Shown here: one piece after another, positions 26,109 to 33,869 of the stretch | Position numbering within the stretch: the first letter of the stretch is position 1 | Layout of the letters: each line of letters opens with the position of its first letter | Assembly: GCA_934120645.1 (NCBI GenBank) | Contig: CAKOUO010000001.1 | Coordinates: 131,273 to 195,272, forward strand | Direction: 5' to 3' | Length of the DNA stretch: 64,000 bases | DNA from: an uncultured Clostridia bacterium | GTDB lineage: Bacteria > Bacillota > Clostridia > TANB77 > CAG-508 | Made by a program: the position numbers and the translations under genes | Notes under the pieces: generated by a model | Database searches by the model: none | Told to the model about the DNA's origin: nothing | The model's input: the letters and a program-made list of their open reading frames with translations, nothing else

Positions 26109-26141
26109 AACTTGTTAGATAAAATATAAAAATCTCTTAAA
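26109..26141 (+). repeat. 33-nt direct repeat, copy 2
   Basis: Identical to 24805-24837. Partial re-iteration TGTTAGAT (26191-26198) ... AATCTCTTAAAAT (26218-26230) lies downstream. Confidence 0.8.
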
Positions 26142-26367
26142 TAGTAGCTTAAATATTTGAATTTTACATATAGACATTTTAAAAAGACTCTGTTAGATTT
26201 CTGTTCTAGTAAGAATGAATCTCTTAAAATAATATCTGAATTACACAGTATGGTAAAGCCATTATCTGCACAAGTAGGTTCGTGGTCAGCTGTTGCAAGT
26301 ATTGCTAACGAGTGCATGGCAGAAATTGAAAAAACATCTTTCATAAGTAAGAAAAAGTAAGCCTATC

Positions 26368-26410
26368 AAAAATAAAAGAGCCAATGGCTCTTTTATTTAT
26401 TGGATTTTTG
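26368..26410. terminator. Conserved AT-rich terminator module, copy 2 (bidirectional)
   Basis: aaaaataaaagagcc-aat-ggctcttttatttattggatttttg. 9-bp GC-anchored stem. Lies just downstream of the Nudix gene. Confidence 0.6.
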
Positions 26411-26419
26411 ACCTTAAAT

Positions 26420-26899
26420 TTATCCTCTTTTCACAACATGTGTTAGTTCTTTAAGGTATTCTTCATTTATTAACATATCTCTAATATTAGTAGGTCTTAA
26501 GTCTATATCTTTTAGTTCTTCCGAAGTAACCCACTTAAGCTCTAATAGCATTTTTTCACCTTTATCAATTTCAATTTTTTCATAGTTTTTCATTTGCAAT
26601 TGTTGTTTAGGTTTTATTATGTAATAAAATTCTATTCCATGACATTTTTTATTATTTCTTGTCCAAAAATTTTCTTGTATTGCAAATAATTTTGTTTTTT
26701 GAACATCACAGCCAATTTCTTCTTTTATTTCGCGAACAATAGCTTGTTCTGAATCTTCTCCAATTTCAATATGACCTCCAGGTATATGATAATAAGGAGT
26801 CCTATTTACTCTCATAATTAAAAATTTCTTTTCTTGTTTAATTATTCCACAACTTCTTCCGTGAAACTCTTCTTTTTCTGCTTTTATTTTTAAATCCAT
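26420..26899 (-). CDS. NUDIX hydrolase
   Basis: Nudix box GGHIEIGEDSEQAIVREIKEEIGCD. Confidence 0.85.
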   Translation of the reverse strand: MDLKIKAEKEEFHGRSCGIIKQEKKFLIMRVNRTPYYHIPGGHIEIGEDSEQAIVREIKEEIGCDVQKTKLFAIQENFWTRNNKKCHGIEFYYIIKPKQQLQMKNYEKIEIDKGEKMLLELKWVTSEELKDIDLRPTNIRDMLINEEYLKELTHVVKRG

Positions 26900-26934
26900 A
26901 ATCTCCTACCTATTTTTTCATTATATTAAATTTT

Positions 26935-26977
26935 AAAAAATAAATAAAAGAGCAAATAAACTCTTTTATTTATTTTA
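26935..26977 (-). terminator. Conserved AT-rich terminator module, copy 3
   Basis: aaataaataaaagag-caaataaa-ctcttttatttattt, a 15-bp stem. Confidence 0.5.
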
Positions 26978-26990
26978 CACAAATTAGGAA

Positions 26991-27236
26991 TTATCCTTTC
27001 CATTTGTATAAAAGGCCTCTTCCCTTATTTTCATATGCAGTCATTAATAATCCTTTTGAGATTGATTCCCTAATTTCCTTTGCAAGGTCCTTTAAAGACA
27101 AAAAAACACTATGATTTTTAAGTATTTCTTGTAATTCTTCTTCTGACCAATATTCTTTTTGGGAAGCCATTACATTGTAAATAATAAAACTTTTTGTTTC
27201 TTCTGTCACTATAACAGGTACCAATACTTTTTCCAT
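26991..27236 (-). CDS. Hypothetical protein (81 aa, orphan)
   Basis: AGGAGGTAAATTTT RBS ahead of the ATG at 27236. No motif recognised. Confidence 0.45.
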   Translation of the reverse strand: MEKVLVPVIVTEETKSFIIYNVMASQKEYWSEEELQEILKNHSVFLSLKDLAKEIRESISKGLLMTAYENKGRGLLYKWKG

Positions 27237-27458
27237 AAAATTTACCTCCTATTATAATAATTATTGATAATAGTTTCTACGCGATTGATTACAATTTCAT
27301 TTACATTATAATATATTACTTTTCAAAAATCAATTATTAAATTTTTATTATAGTTGTTTTTAATATGTAATTAACCTATTTGAACTTATAATAAAATTAT
27401 GCTATAATTTTTATGTAACTTATAATTATATATATTATAGAAAGGATATCTGGTAACT

Positions 27459-27692
27459 ATGAAAAAAGAATACTCAAAAACACCATTAAGCAACACCAAA
27501 GTATATCCAATTGAAGGAGAGGTTTATCGGGCTATAATACCATTTGATGATGGTTCCTCTTTGAATATCATTTTTAAAGGAAAGGCAGGAAACGTTGAAC
27601 CTTGTACTTCAGCAGATAAATTTATTTATTCTTCACTTTCAAAAGATATACAGGAAAAAATAGCTTCATTATATATGAAGCACAACAAATAA
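27459..27692 (+). CDS. Hypothetical protein (77 aa, orphan)
   Basis: ORF followed by a strong terminator. Weak, distant SD (AAAGGA). CGG codon. Confidence 0.4.
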   Translation: MKKEYSKTPLSNTKVYPIEGEVYRAIIPFDDGSSLNIIFKGKAGNVEPCTSADKFIYSSLSKDIQEKIASLYMKHNK

Positions 27693-27709
27693 TTTATCTG
27701 TCAATTTAA

Positions 27710-27755
27710 AATCCTTATAGTTTTAATGATTATTTTAACTATAAGGATTTTTTTA
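27710..27755. terminator. Bidirectional intrinsic terminator
   Basis: aatccttatagtt (27710-27722) pairs with aactataaggatt (27737-27749), a 13-bp stem, followed by a T-run. Lies between convergent genes. Confidence 0.65.
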
Positions 27756-27777
27756 TAATATTTCTGTTTATTTTTAT

Positions 27778-28494
27778 TTATATATTTTTTATATATTTAG
27801 CACCATTTCCTAAATCAAATTTACCATTATTGGCGGCTATTTCAAAATGTTTTTTTGCAATTCCCAAATCAACCAAATCAAATTTAGCATTGTTAGGTAC
27901 TTTTATAGTAATAATATCTTTTTTATAGTATATTGTAGGTTTTTGAGAATTCATAGCACTTGGGGCAAGTTTTATTGCTTCTAAACCGTTTATAATCCAA
28001 CTAGGTATTTTTTCTGTATCAGTAATAATTCTTTCTTTTATATCTTTACGATTTTTACTTGATACGAGAGTCCTAACAATATTGTCCTTTAATGACTTTT
28101 GAATATTTCCTATTAATATTACACATACTAGTTCTTCATTATCAGGTATAATGAAATTGCTATTGTCATATGTTCCTCCAACCCAACAAGTTCCAAGTCC
28201 TAAGTTTGTAATTTTTAGTATTAAATCTTCGCCATAGTATCCTATTTTTTCTTTTAAATTAATATCATCTTTATTTCCTTTCATCAATAATAAAGATTTA
28301 ACATTACTGAATATTCCATAACTTTTCTTTAAACTATTAAATGCTATATTTCCGTTCTCTATAAATTTTATGTTTAAATTAGATATTTCATTATTTTCTT
28401 TTACCAAGTCTTTAATTTTATTAATATTTTCTTTACTTAAATTTTCTTTGGAAAAGTTTCTTCTTGATATTCTTTTTTCTATGGCTTTATTCAT
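27778..28494 (-). CDS. Nitroreductase-family protein
   Basis: MNKAIEKRISRRNF N-terminus typical of the family. ATG 28494 lies 6 nt after AGAGGA. Confidence 0.75.
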   Translation of the reverse strand: MNKAIEKRISRRNFSKENLSKENINKIKDLVKENNEISNLNIKFIENGNIAFNSLKKSYGIFSNVKSLLLMKGNKDDINLKEKIGYYGEDLILKITNLGLGTCWVGGTYDNSNFIIPDNEELVCVILIGNIQKSLKDNIVRTLVSSKNRKDIKERIITDTEKIPSWIINGLEAIKLAPSAMNSQKPTIYYKKDIITIKVPNNAKFDLVDLGIAKKHFEIAANNGKFDLGNGAKYIKNI

Positions 28495-28522
28495 TTTTAT
28501 TCCTCTTTTCTTCAAACTTTAA

Positions 28523-30943
28523 CTATTCCATATTATTTTGTTTTGAAGTTGAATTTACATTATTTTGAATGGTGTTTTTATTTATGTTGTTTTTGTTTGT
28601 AGTAGTAGAATTATTTATAGTGTTTGACTTGTTGGTATTTGTATTGCTAGAAGTATTATTGGTAGTATTAGAAATGTTTTGAGTTGTGTTTTGTTTAGTA
28701 GTATTTATCAAAGTACTATTATTTTTATTTGAATCTTTGTTTTCACTTGGTGTGGCTTTTATATCTAAATCTTCTTTTGTTGTCATATCAAATGAGTTTG
28801 TTACTGTGTTTGTTTTATTAGTGTTATTTTTTGTGTTGTTATTATTTTTTAATTCACTGCCCGTATGCTTTGTGCAATTATCTGGTGCTGTTCCAATTAA
28901 AAAGTATTCATCATAAGTATTTGGACAACCAGAATTAGCTTTTTTACCAGTCTCTGCACATACAGTTACTTTTAATACACTTGCTGGTTTTTCAAATTTT
29001 GCAGTTGATAAATTGCTATGTATTTTTGACATTATATTTGCCCATAGAATTCCTGCCGGATTCTTTTTACCATTATATAAAATAGTTTCGTTTTTGTCAT
29101 ATCCATACCATGTAACTCCAGTATAATAAGGTGTAAAACCACAAAGCCATCTGTCATAGTTTTCATCTGTTGTTCCTGTTTTGGCTGCTACATCTATTCC
29201 AGAAATAGAGCAGTATGTTGCTGTTCCATAGTTTCCTGTAACTGGTTCTGTTAATAATTCTTTTATAATATACGCTACTTCTTTAGAAAATATCTTTTTT
29301 GTTTTTGGTTTTGATTCTATTATAGTTTTATGGTTTGATGTTTCTGCTTTTGTATAGAAGGTTGGTTCTATATAAACTCCATCATTTGCTATAGTAGCAT
29401 ATGCACCTGCCATTTGTAATGGACTTATTCCTTTATCTAATCCTCCTAAAGCTAATGCTAAATTTTCATCTTTTGCAGTAAGAGATGTTATTCCCATATC
29501 TTTTAGATATTTCATAGATGTTTTTGGTGTTACTTTTTCCATCATTTCAACAAATGGTATATTTTGAGATGATTCTAATGCTCTACGAACAGTGATATCT
29601 CCCAAATAATTACTGTAATTTTCTGGATTATATCCATCAGCAAATTGCATTTGTTGGTCTGAGAATATTGTTGCACCTGTGAATAATTTTTTTGAAATTC
29701 CAGGGACTAATACAGCAATTGGTTTTATAGATGAACCTGTTTGCCTAATAGATTGTGTTGCACGGTTTAATCCACGTGATGTATTTTTTTTGCCTAGTCC
29801 TCCCACACATCCTATTACTTTGCCTGTTTTGTGATCTATTATTACCATTGCTGCTTGTGATGGATCTCCACCATTTTTGGATGCTATTTGGTATTTGCTT
29901 TTTTCAAATTCTTTTTCCATTTGGTTTTGAATATTTGAATTTTGTGTGCTATAAATTGTAAGTCCTGCCATATTAATATAATTTGTTGCAAATGTTTTTG
30001 TTATGTTTTTCTTTTTTGATAAATCTTCAATGACTTGTGAAAGTAAGGCATCTGTATGATAAGAATATATAGCATCATCTGTATTGATTTTTCCTTTTTT
30101 GAAATTTAATCCTTTATCTACATTTGCAATTGCATTATTATAATCGTCTTGATTTATATATTTTAATTCTAACATCTTTGATAATACTGTTTTTGTTCTA
30201 ATTTTTATTTTGTCAGAATTATTTGTATCTGCAAATGGATTATATGAATTAGGAGAATTGTTAATACCTGCTAAAAATGCACATTCTTCTAAAGTTAAAT
30301 CGCTTACAGATTTGTTAAAATAGTAATTTGCTCCTGTTTCTACTCCATAAATGTTTGGACCAACATAAATAATATTTAGGTATAGCCCTAAAATTTCATC
30401 TTTACTCATGAATGATTCTATAGAGAGTGCTTTCCCCCACTCTTTAACTTTTCTTGTAATGGTACTTGAAGAGTCTCCTGTTAGATTTTTAACAACTTGT
30501 TGAGTAATTGTACTTCCACCAAAAGAAGATGAACCTCTATGAAAAATATATGTTACAATAGCTGCAGTTGTTCTTTTGGTATCGATTCCTTTATGTTTGT
30601 AAAATCTTTCATCTTCTATTGCTACATATGCATTTTTTAAATTTTGTGGTATTTCAGAAGTTGATATTTTATTTTTTGCTTTTTCACTTCCTATTTCAGC
30701 AATTACATTTCCGTCTGTATCTTTTATAATTGAGTTTTCATTTTTAGCCATATCTTTTATTAAATTTTTCCAATTATTCATAGATATTGCTGTATAAATA
30801 CCTAAAACTAATATTGATATTATTATAATTATTAGTATAAATAATTTGAGTTTTTTTCTTCTTTTTGTTTGTTCTGGTGTTTTTTCCTTTTTTTGTATTT
30901 TTTCAGCATTTCCTTTTATATGCTTATTTTTCTTTTTAATCAA
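28523..30943 (-). CDS. Bifunctional penicillin-binding protein 1A (GT51 transglycosylase + transpeptidase) with an Asn/Thr-rich C-terminal tail
   Basis: EDERFYKHKGID and GGSTITQQ (GT51). SSIKP (SxxK) and KTGTT motifs. N-terminal TM helix. Low-complexity N/T tail encoded at about 28523-28876. Apparent TTG start. Confidence 0.92.
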   Translation of the reverse strand: MIKKKNKHIKGNAEKIQKKEKTPEQTKRRKKLKLFILIIIIISILVLGIYTAISMNNWKNLIKDMAKNENSIIKDTDGNVIAEIGSEKAKNKISTSEIPQNLKNAYVAIEDERFYKHKGIDTKRTTAAIVTYIFHRGSSSFGGSTITQQVVKNLTGDSSSTITRKVKEWGKALSIESFMSKDEILGLYLNIIYVGPNIYGVETGANYYFNKSVSDLTLEECAFLAGINNSPNSYNPFADTNNSDKIKIRTKTVLSKMLELKYINQDDYNNAIANVDKGLNFKKGKINTDDAIYSYHTDALLSQVIEDLSKKKNITKTFATNYINMAGLTIYSTQNSNIQNQMEKEFEKSKYQIASKNGGDPSQAAMVIIDHKTGKVIGCVGGLGKKNTSRGLNRATQSIRQTGSSIKPIAVLVPGISKKLFTGATIFSDQQMQFADGYNPENYSNYLGDITVRRALESSQNIPFVEMMEKVTPKTSMKYLKDMGITSLTAKDENLALALGGLDKGISPLQMAGAYATIANDGVYIEPTFYTKAETSNHKTIIESKPKTKKIFSKEVAYIIKELLTEPVTGNYGTATYCSISGIDVAAKTGTTDENYDRWLCGFTPYYTGVTWYGYDKNETILYNGKKNPAGILWANIMSKIHSNLSTAKFEKPASVLKVTVCAETGKKANSGCPNTYDEYFLIGTAPDNCTKHTGSELKNNNNTKNNTNKTNTVTNSFDMTTKEDLDIKATPSENKDSNKNNSTLINTTKQNTTQNISNTTNNTSSNTNTNKSNTINNSTTTNKNNINKNTIQNNVNSTSKQNNME

Positions 30944-31088
30944 TTTTTATTTACCTTCTTATTTTAAAATTCGAGTTAAATTATATCATATAGAAGTAGA
31001 ATCTGCAAACTTGATTTATTTACGAAAAAAGGTTTTATTTTATTATTTTTTGTTATATAATGTAAAAAAATATTGGAGTGTGAAACGT

Positions 31089-32072
31089 ATGATAAATCAT
31101 GAAGATAATCCAGATTATTTAAATTCTTTTTTGGACTATACAGTAACAATTTTAAATAAATCCCCAAATACAATTAAGGAATATAATTATGACTTGGCTA
31201 TGTTCTTAAAATTTATAAAGATTAGATTTAATATGACTAATGAAGATGATTTTTCTAAAATAATAATTAAAGATATTTCTTTGGCTACTATTAAAAAGAT
31301 AAAATTGGATGATATTCATGCTTTTTTAAGCTATTTAACTAATACATATAATAGTAAAGCTGCAACACGTGCTAGAAAGGCTTCTAGTATAAGGGTATTT
31401 TTTAATTATTTAAGTCAAAAGGCTAATTTAATAGATAATAATCCTGCACAGAACTTGGAAACACCTAAACTTGATAAAAGATTGCCTAAATATTTAAGTC
31501 TAGATGATAGTAAAAAACTTTTAAATGTAACTGCTAACGATGATAATAGAAATAATATAAGAGATTATGCTATTATTACTTTATTTTTAAACTGTGGCAT
31601 GCGTTTATCTGAATTAGTTGGCATTAATATTCAAGATATTAATTTTAGTGATTGCAAAATGAATGTTATAGGAAAAGGAAATAAAGAAAGAACAATTTAT
31701 TTGAATAAGGCTTGTATGAAAGCAATTAAAGATTATTTAGATGTTCGACCAAAAGAAGGAATAAAAACAGATAAATTAAATTCTAAAAAAGCTTTATTTT
31801 TAAGTGAAAGAAAAGAACGTATTAGTAGAAGAACTGTTCAGTATATTGTAGATAAAGAACTTACAGCTGCAGGTCTAGATACTAATAAATATTCTACTCA
31901 TAAATTAAGACATACTGCTGCAACTTTAATGTATCAATATGGAAATGTAGATATAAGAGCACTTCAAGAGGTTTTAGGACATGAAAGTATTTCTACAACT
32001 GAAATTTATACTCATGTTGCTAATATTCAAGCTCGTGATGCTATAGAAAGTAATCCTCTTGCTGATTTGTAA
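31089..32072 (+). CDS. Tyrosine site-specific recombinase, XerC/XerD family
   Basis: ATG 31089 lies after GGAG. GMRLSEL (Arg), HKLRHTAAT (HxxR), LGHESISTT and EIYTHV (Tyr). The longer track ORF from 30846 overlaps the PBP gene and is rejected. Confidence 0.88.
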   Translation: MINHEDNPDYLNSFLDYTVTILNKSPNTIKEYNYDLAMFLKFIKIRFNMTNEDDFSKIIIKDISLATIKKIKLDDIHAFLSYLTNTYNSKAATRARKASSIRVFFNYLSQKANLIDNNPAQNLETPKLDKRLPKYLSLDDSKKLLNVTANDDNRNNIRDYAIITLFLNCGMRLSELVGINIQDINFSDCKMNVIGKGNKERTIYLNKACMKAIKDYLDVRPKEGIKTDKLNSKKALFLSERKERISRRTVQYIVDKELTAAGLDTNKYSTHKLRHTAATLMYQYGNVDIRALQEVLGHESISTTEIYTHVANIQARDAIESNPLADL

Positions 32073-32078
32073 AAAAAT

Positions 32079-32105
32079 AAACCTGCTATTAATAATGGCA
32101 GGTTT
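32079..32105. terminator. Bidirectional terminator hairpin
   Basis: aaacctgc/gcaggttt stem with an 11-nt loop. Confidence 0.55.
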
Positions 32106-32133
32106 GTGCTGATATTATGGACCTACTAAAATC

Positions 32134-32511
32134 TTATTGTAAGCTTAAAAGTGTTAATAAAATGATTTGGGTTAATGCAACAATATTTCTTTTTGGAAAG
32201 GCTTCAGAATAAATTTTTCCATTTACTTCATAATAAGTAATTTGGGTTTTAGTATTTAAAACTATCTTTTCTTTTAATTTAAAGCATTTTTCCCCAGAAA
32301 CTTCCTGAATTACATATTTTGAATTTCTTAAAAAAGTTTCTCTTAGATAATTATATGCTTCAGTTATTTCTAACCCTTCATATGAAATATCTATTTTGGC
32401 ATTTTCTAATTTTCGGCCTGATACTTTGAGTATTATTGTACCTAAGCAATTTTCCCGTTTAATTTCTTCTTTATTTTCCGAAAAAGAAATTATATTAGTT
32501 GTTTTTTCCAT
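32134..32511 (-). CDS. Hypothetical protein (125 aa) with a C-terminal hydrophobic tail
   Basis: ORF with terminator. C-terminal IVALTQIILLTLLSL. No motif recognised. Confidence 0.45.
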   Translation of the reverse strand: MEKTTNIISFSENKEEIKRENCLGTIILKVSGRKLENAKIDISYEGLEITEAYNYLRETFLRNSKYVIQEVSGEKCFKLKEKIVLNTKTQITYYEVNGKIYSEAFPKRNIVALTQIILLTLLSLQ

Positions 32512-32601
32512 AATATATCTCCTTTATGATTAAACTTTTTTAGTTACTATTATTATTTTACTATAATTTTAAAGTTTTTTCAATATTATTTTATGTAAAT
32601 A

Positions 32602-32898
32602 TTAATTATATATGGGAATTATTAATTTTTGTCCTTCACTTAAATCAGAACTTTTTAAATTGTTTTGTTTTTTAATTTCATTTACAACCTCTCGTATGTC
32701 TTTATCTTCAAAATATTTATTATTGCTTAATTCATTTTTAGATATTCCCCATAATGTATCACCATGAGATACTGTTTCTTCTCTGTATTTTACTTGAACC
32801 TTTGAATATGTTTTATTTGCAAGTATTATAAATAATAATATAATTATTAATAATATACACATTGTTTTTATAAATTTTTTCTTGTTTACTATTTTCAT
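32602..32898 (-). CDS. Small membrane-anchored LysM protein, YneA-like (SOS cell-division inhibitor candidate)
   Basis: ATG 32898 lies 8 nt after GGAGG. N-terminal TM helix and C-terminal LysM (VSHGDTLWGISKN...LSEGQKLIIP). The size (about 100 aa) and architecture match B. subtilis YneA. Confidence 0.65.
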   Translation of the reverse strand: MKIVNKKKFIKTMCILLIIILLFIILANKTYSKVQVKYREETVSHGDTLWGISKNELSNNKYFEDKDIREVVNEIKKQNNLKSSDLSEGQKLIIPIYN

Positions 32899-32942
32899 TA
32901 TAATTACCTCCATATAAGAATATTTGTTTGCTTTGTGAGATA

Positions 32943-32971
32943 ATTATAAACGAACATTTATTCTTTGTCAA
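32943..32971 (-). promoter_or_regulatory. Consensus sigma-A promoter of the LysM gene
   Basis: On the minus strand: TTGACA (32971-32966), 17-nt spacer, TATAAT (32948-32943). Confidence 0.65.
32951..32964 (-). promoter_or_regulatory. LexA (Cheo) box inside the promoter spacer
   Basis: The minus strand reads AGAATAAATGTTCG, compared with the Firmicute consensus CGAAC-N4-GTTCG. It lies between the -35 and -10 elements. Confidence 0.55.
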
Positions 32972-32990
32972 TACTTTTTAAAAATATTTT

Positions 32991-33003
32991 GAAAAAATGT
33001 TCG
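32991..33003 (-). promoter_or_regulatory. Second, weaker LexA-like box upstream of the -35
   Basis: The minus strand reads CGAACATTTTTTC. A third weak box, AAACAAATATTC, is at 32918-32929. Confidence 0.35.
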
Positions 33004-33011
33004 CTTTATTT

Positions 33012-33833
33012 CTATTTATGAATTCTTATATAATAAGGCTGTATATCTTTTAAATATCCGTCAATATATACTAAATTACCATTAACATCTTGTACTTTTA
33101 TATTAGGAAATGTTCTTATCATTTTTCTATCGCCCCAATATTTATATATGAATTTAGATAATTTTTCATTATTATATATTTTATTATATTCTTCTACTAC
33201 CATTTCTTTATGTGGAACATTAATATTGTTTTGAACAATCATTCTTACTAAGAAAAATGACATTGCAAAAGCTGTAATAATACAATCTATTATTAAAATT
33301 ATAATTGTTGTTAAAGTTACTGTTTTTAATGCTTTTAAGTTACATTTACTTTTTATCCAGTTAATTAGTTTATCTACTTTTGGATTTAAAGAAGCAACTA
33401 AGTACATTGCTAGAAATCCCCAGAATATTGAGAAATATACACATATTCTTCCATTTATATTAAGTGGCATATTAGAATAATCCCACCACTTTACATGTAA
33501 AAACATTTCTCCTATATAACTTACTAAATATTCTACTACTGATCCTAGTATAAATCCTCCAAAAAATAGTATATTATATCTTTTAGAAAATTTATGTAAA
33601 AACATAATTATAATTACCGCTCCTAATCCATATATAGCACAAACTGGTCCATATAAGAAACTCTGTCTACTTTCCCATACACCTTTTGTGATAATTCCAA
33701 AGATTGTTTCTATTATATATCCACCTATGCTATATATAATAAAATAAGCAAATAATCGCCATATGCTAATTCCCATTATAGAAAAAGATTTTTTACCATT
33801 TTTTTCTGTTTTTTCTAGTGTTTCTTCTGCCAT
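33012..33833 (-). CDS. Polytopic membrane protein (putative ABC-transporter type IV / CmpB-like family)
   Basis: GGYIIETIFGIITKGVWESRQSFLYGPVCAIYG N-terminal block as in that family (recalled from memory). About 7 TM helices. Confidence 0.55.
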   Translation of the reverse strand: MAEETLEKTEKNGKKSFSIMGISIWRLFAYFIIYSIGGYIIETIFGIITKGVWESRQSFLYGPVCAIYGLGAVIIIMFLHKFSKRYNILFFGGFILGSVVEYLVSYIGEMFLHVKWWDYSNMPLNINGRICVYFSIFWGFLAMYLVASLNPKVDKLINWIKSKCNLKALKTVTLTTIIILIIDCIITAFAMSFFLVRMIVQNNINVPHKEMVVEEYNKIYNNEKLSKFIYKYWGDRKMIRTFPNIKVQDVNGNLVYIDGYLKDIQPYYIRIHK

Positions 33834-33869
33834 GTTTTCTCCTCCTAATATTATTATATCTTATGTATT

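Noticed and set aside
26093-26360. Two overlapping track ORFs (26093-26344 minus strand, 83 aa; 26157-26360 plus strand, 67 aa, TTG start) considered as genes.
   Set aside because: Neither has an RBS. They overlap each other almost completely, and one is partly encoded by the 33-nt repeat. This is more likely a truncated gene remnant than a functional CDS. I cannot decide the strand without a homology search.
25297-26977. Integron-like cassette array, with the repeated terminator modules acting as attC sites.
   Set aside because: There is no integron integrase and no attI. The hairpins lack the R/L-box organisation and extrahelical bases of attC. They look like ordinary AT-rich terminators that were duplicated.
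31040-31075. dif-like site (gttatataatgtaaaaa) just upstream of the Xer-type recombinase.
   Set aside because: Only the right half resembles the B. subtilis dif XerD arm, at about 8 of 11 positions. The left arm does not match, so this is probably AT-rich chance similarity.
30846-31088. Long N-terminal extension of the recombinase ORF overlapping the PBP1A start.
   Set aside because: The extension is hydrophobic low-complexity sequence read through the PBP1A promoter and 5' region. A proper GGAG RBS and a conserved Xer N-terminus begin at ATG 31089.
31089-32072. The Xer-type recombinase as the integrase of a genomic island spanning the orphan-gene region.
   Set aside because: The essential PBP1A gene lies between it and the orphans. 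I found no flanking direct repeats that include it. Its sequence looks like the conserved chromosomal XerC/XerD-type enzyme of Firmicutes. The question remains open pending comparison with relatives.
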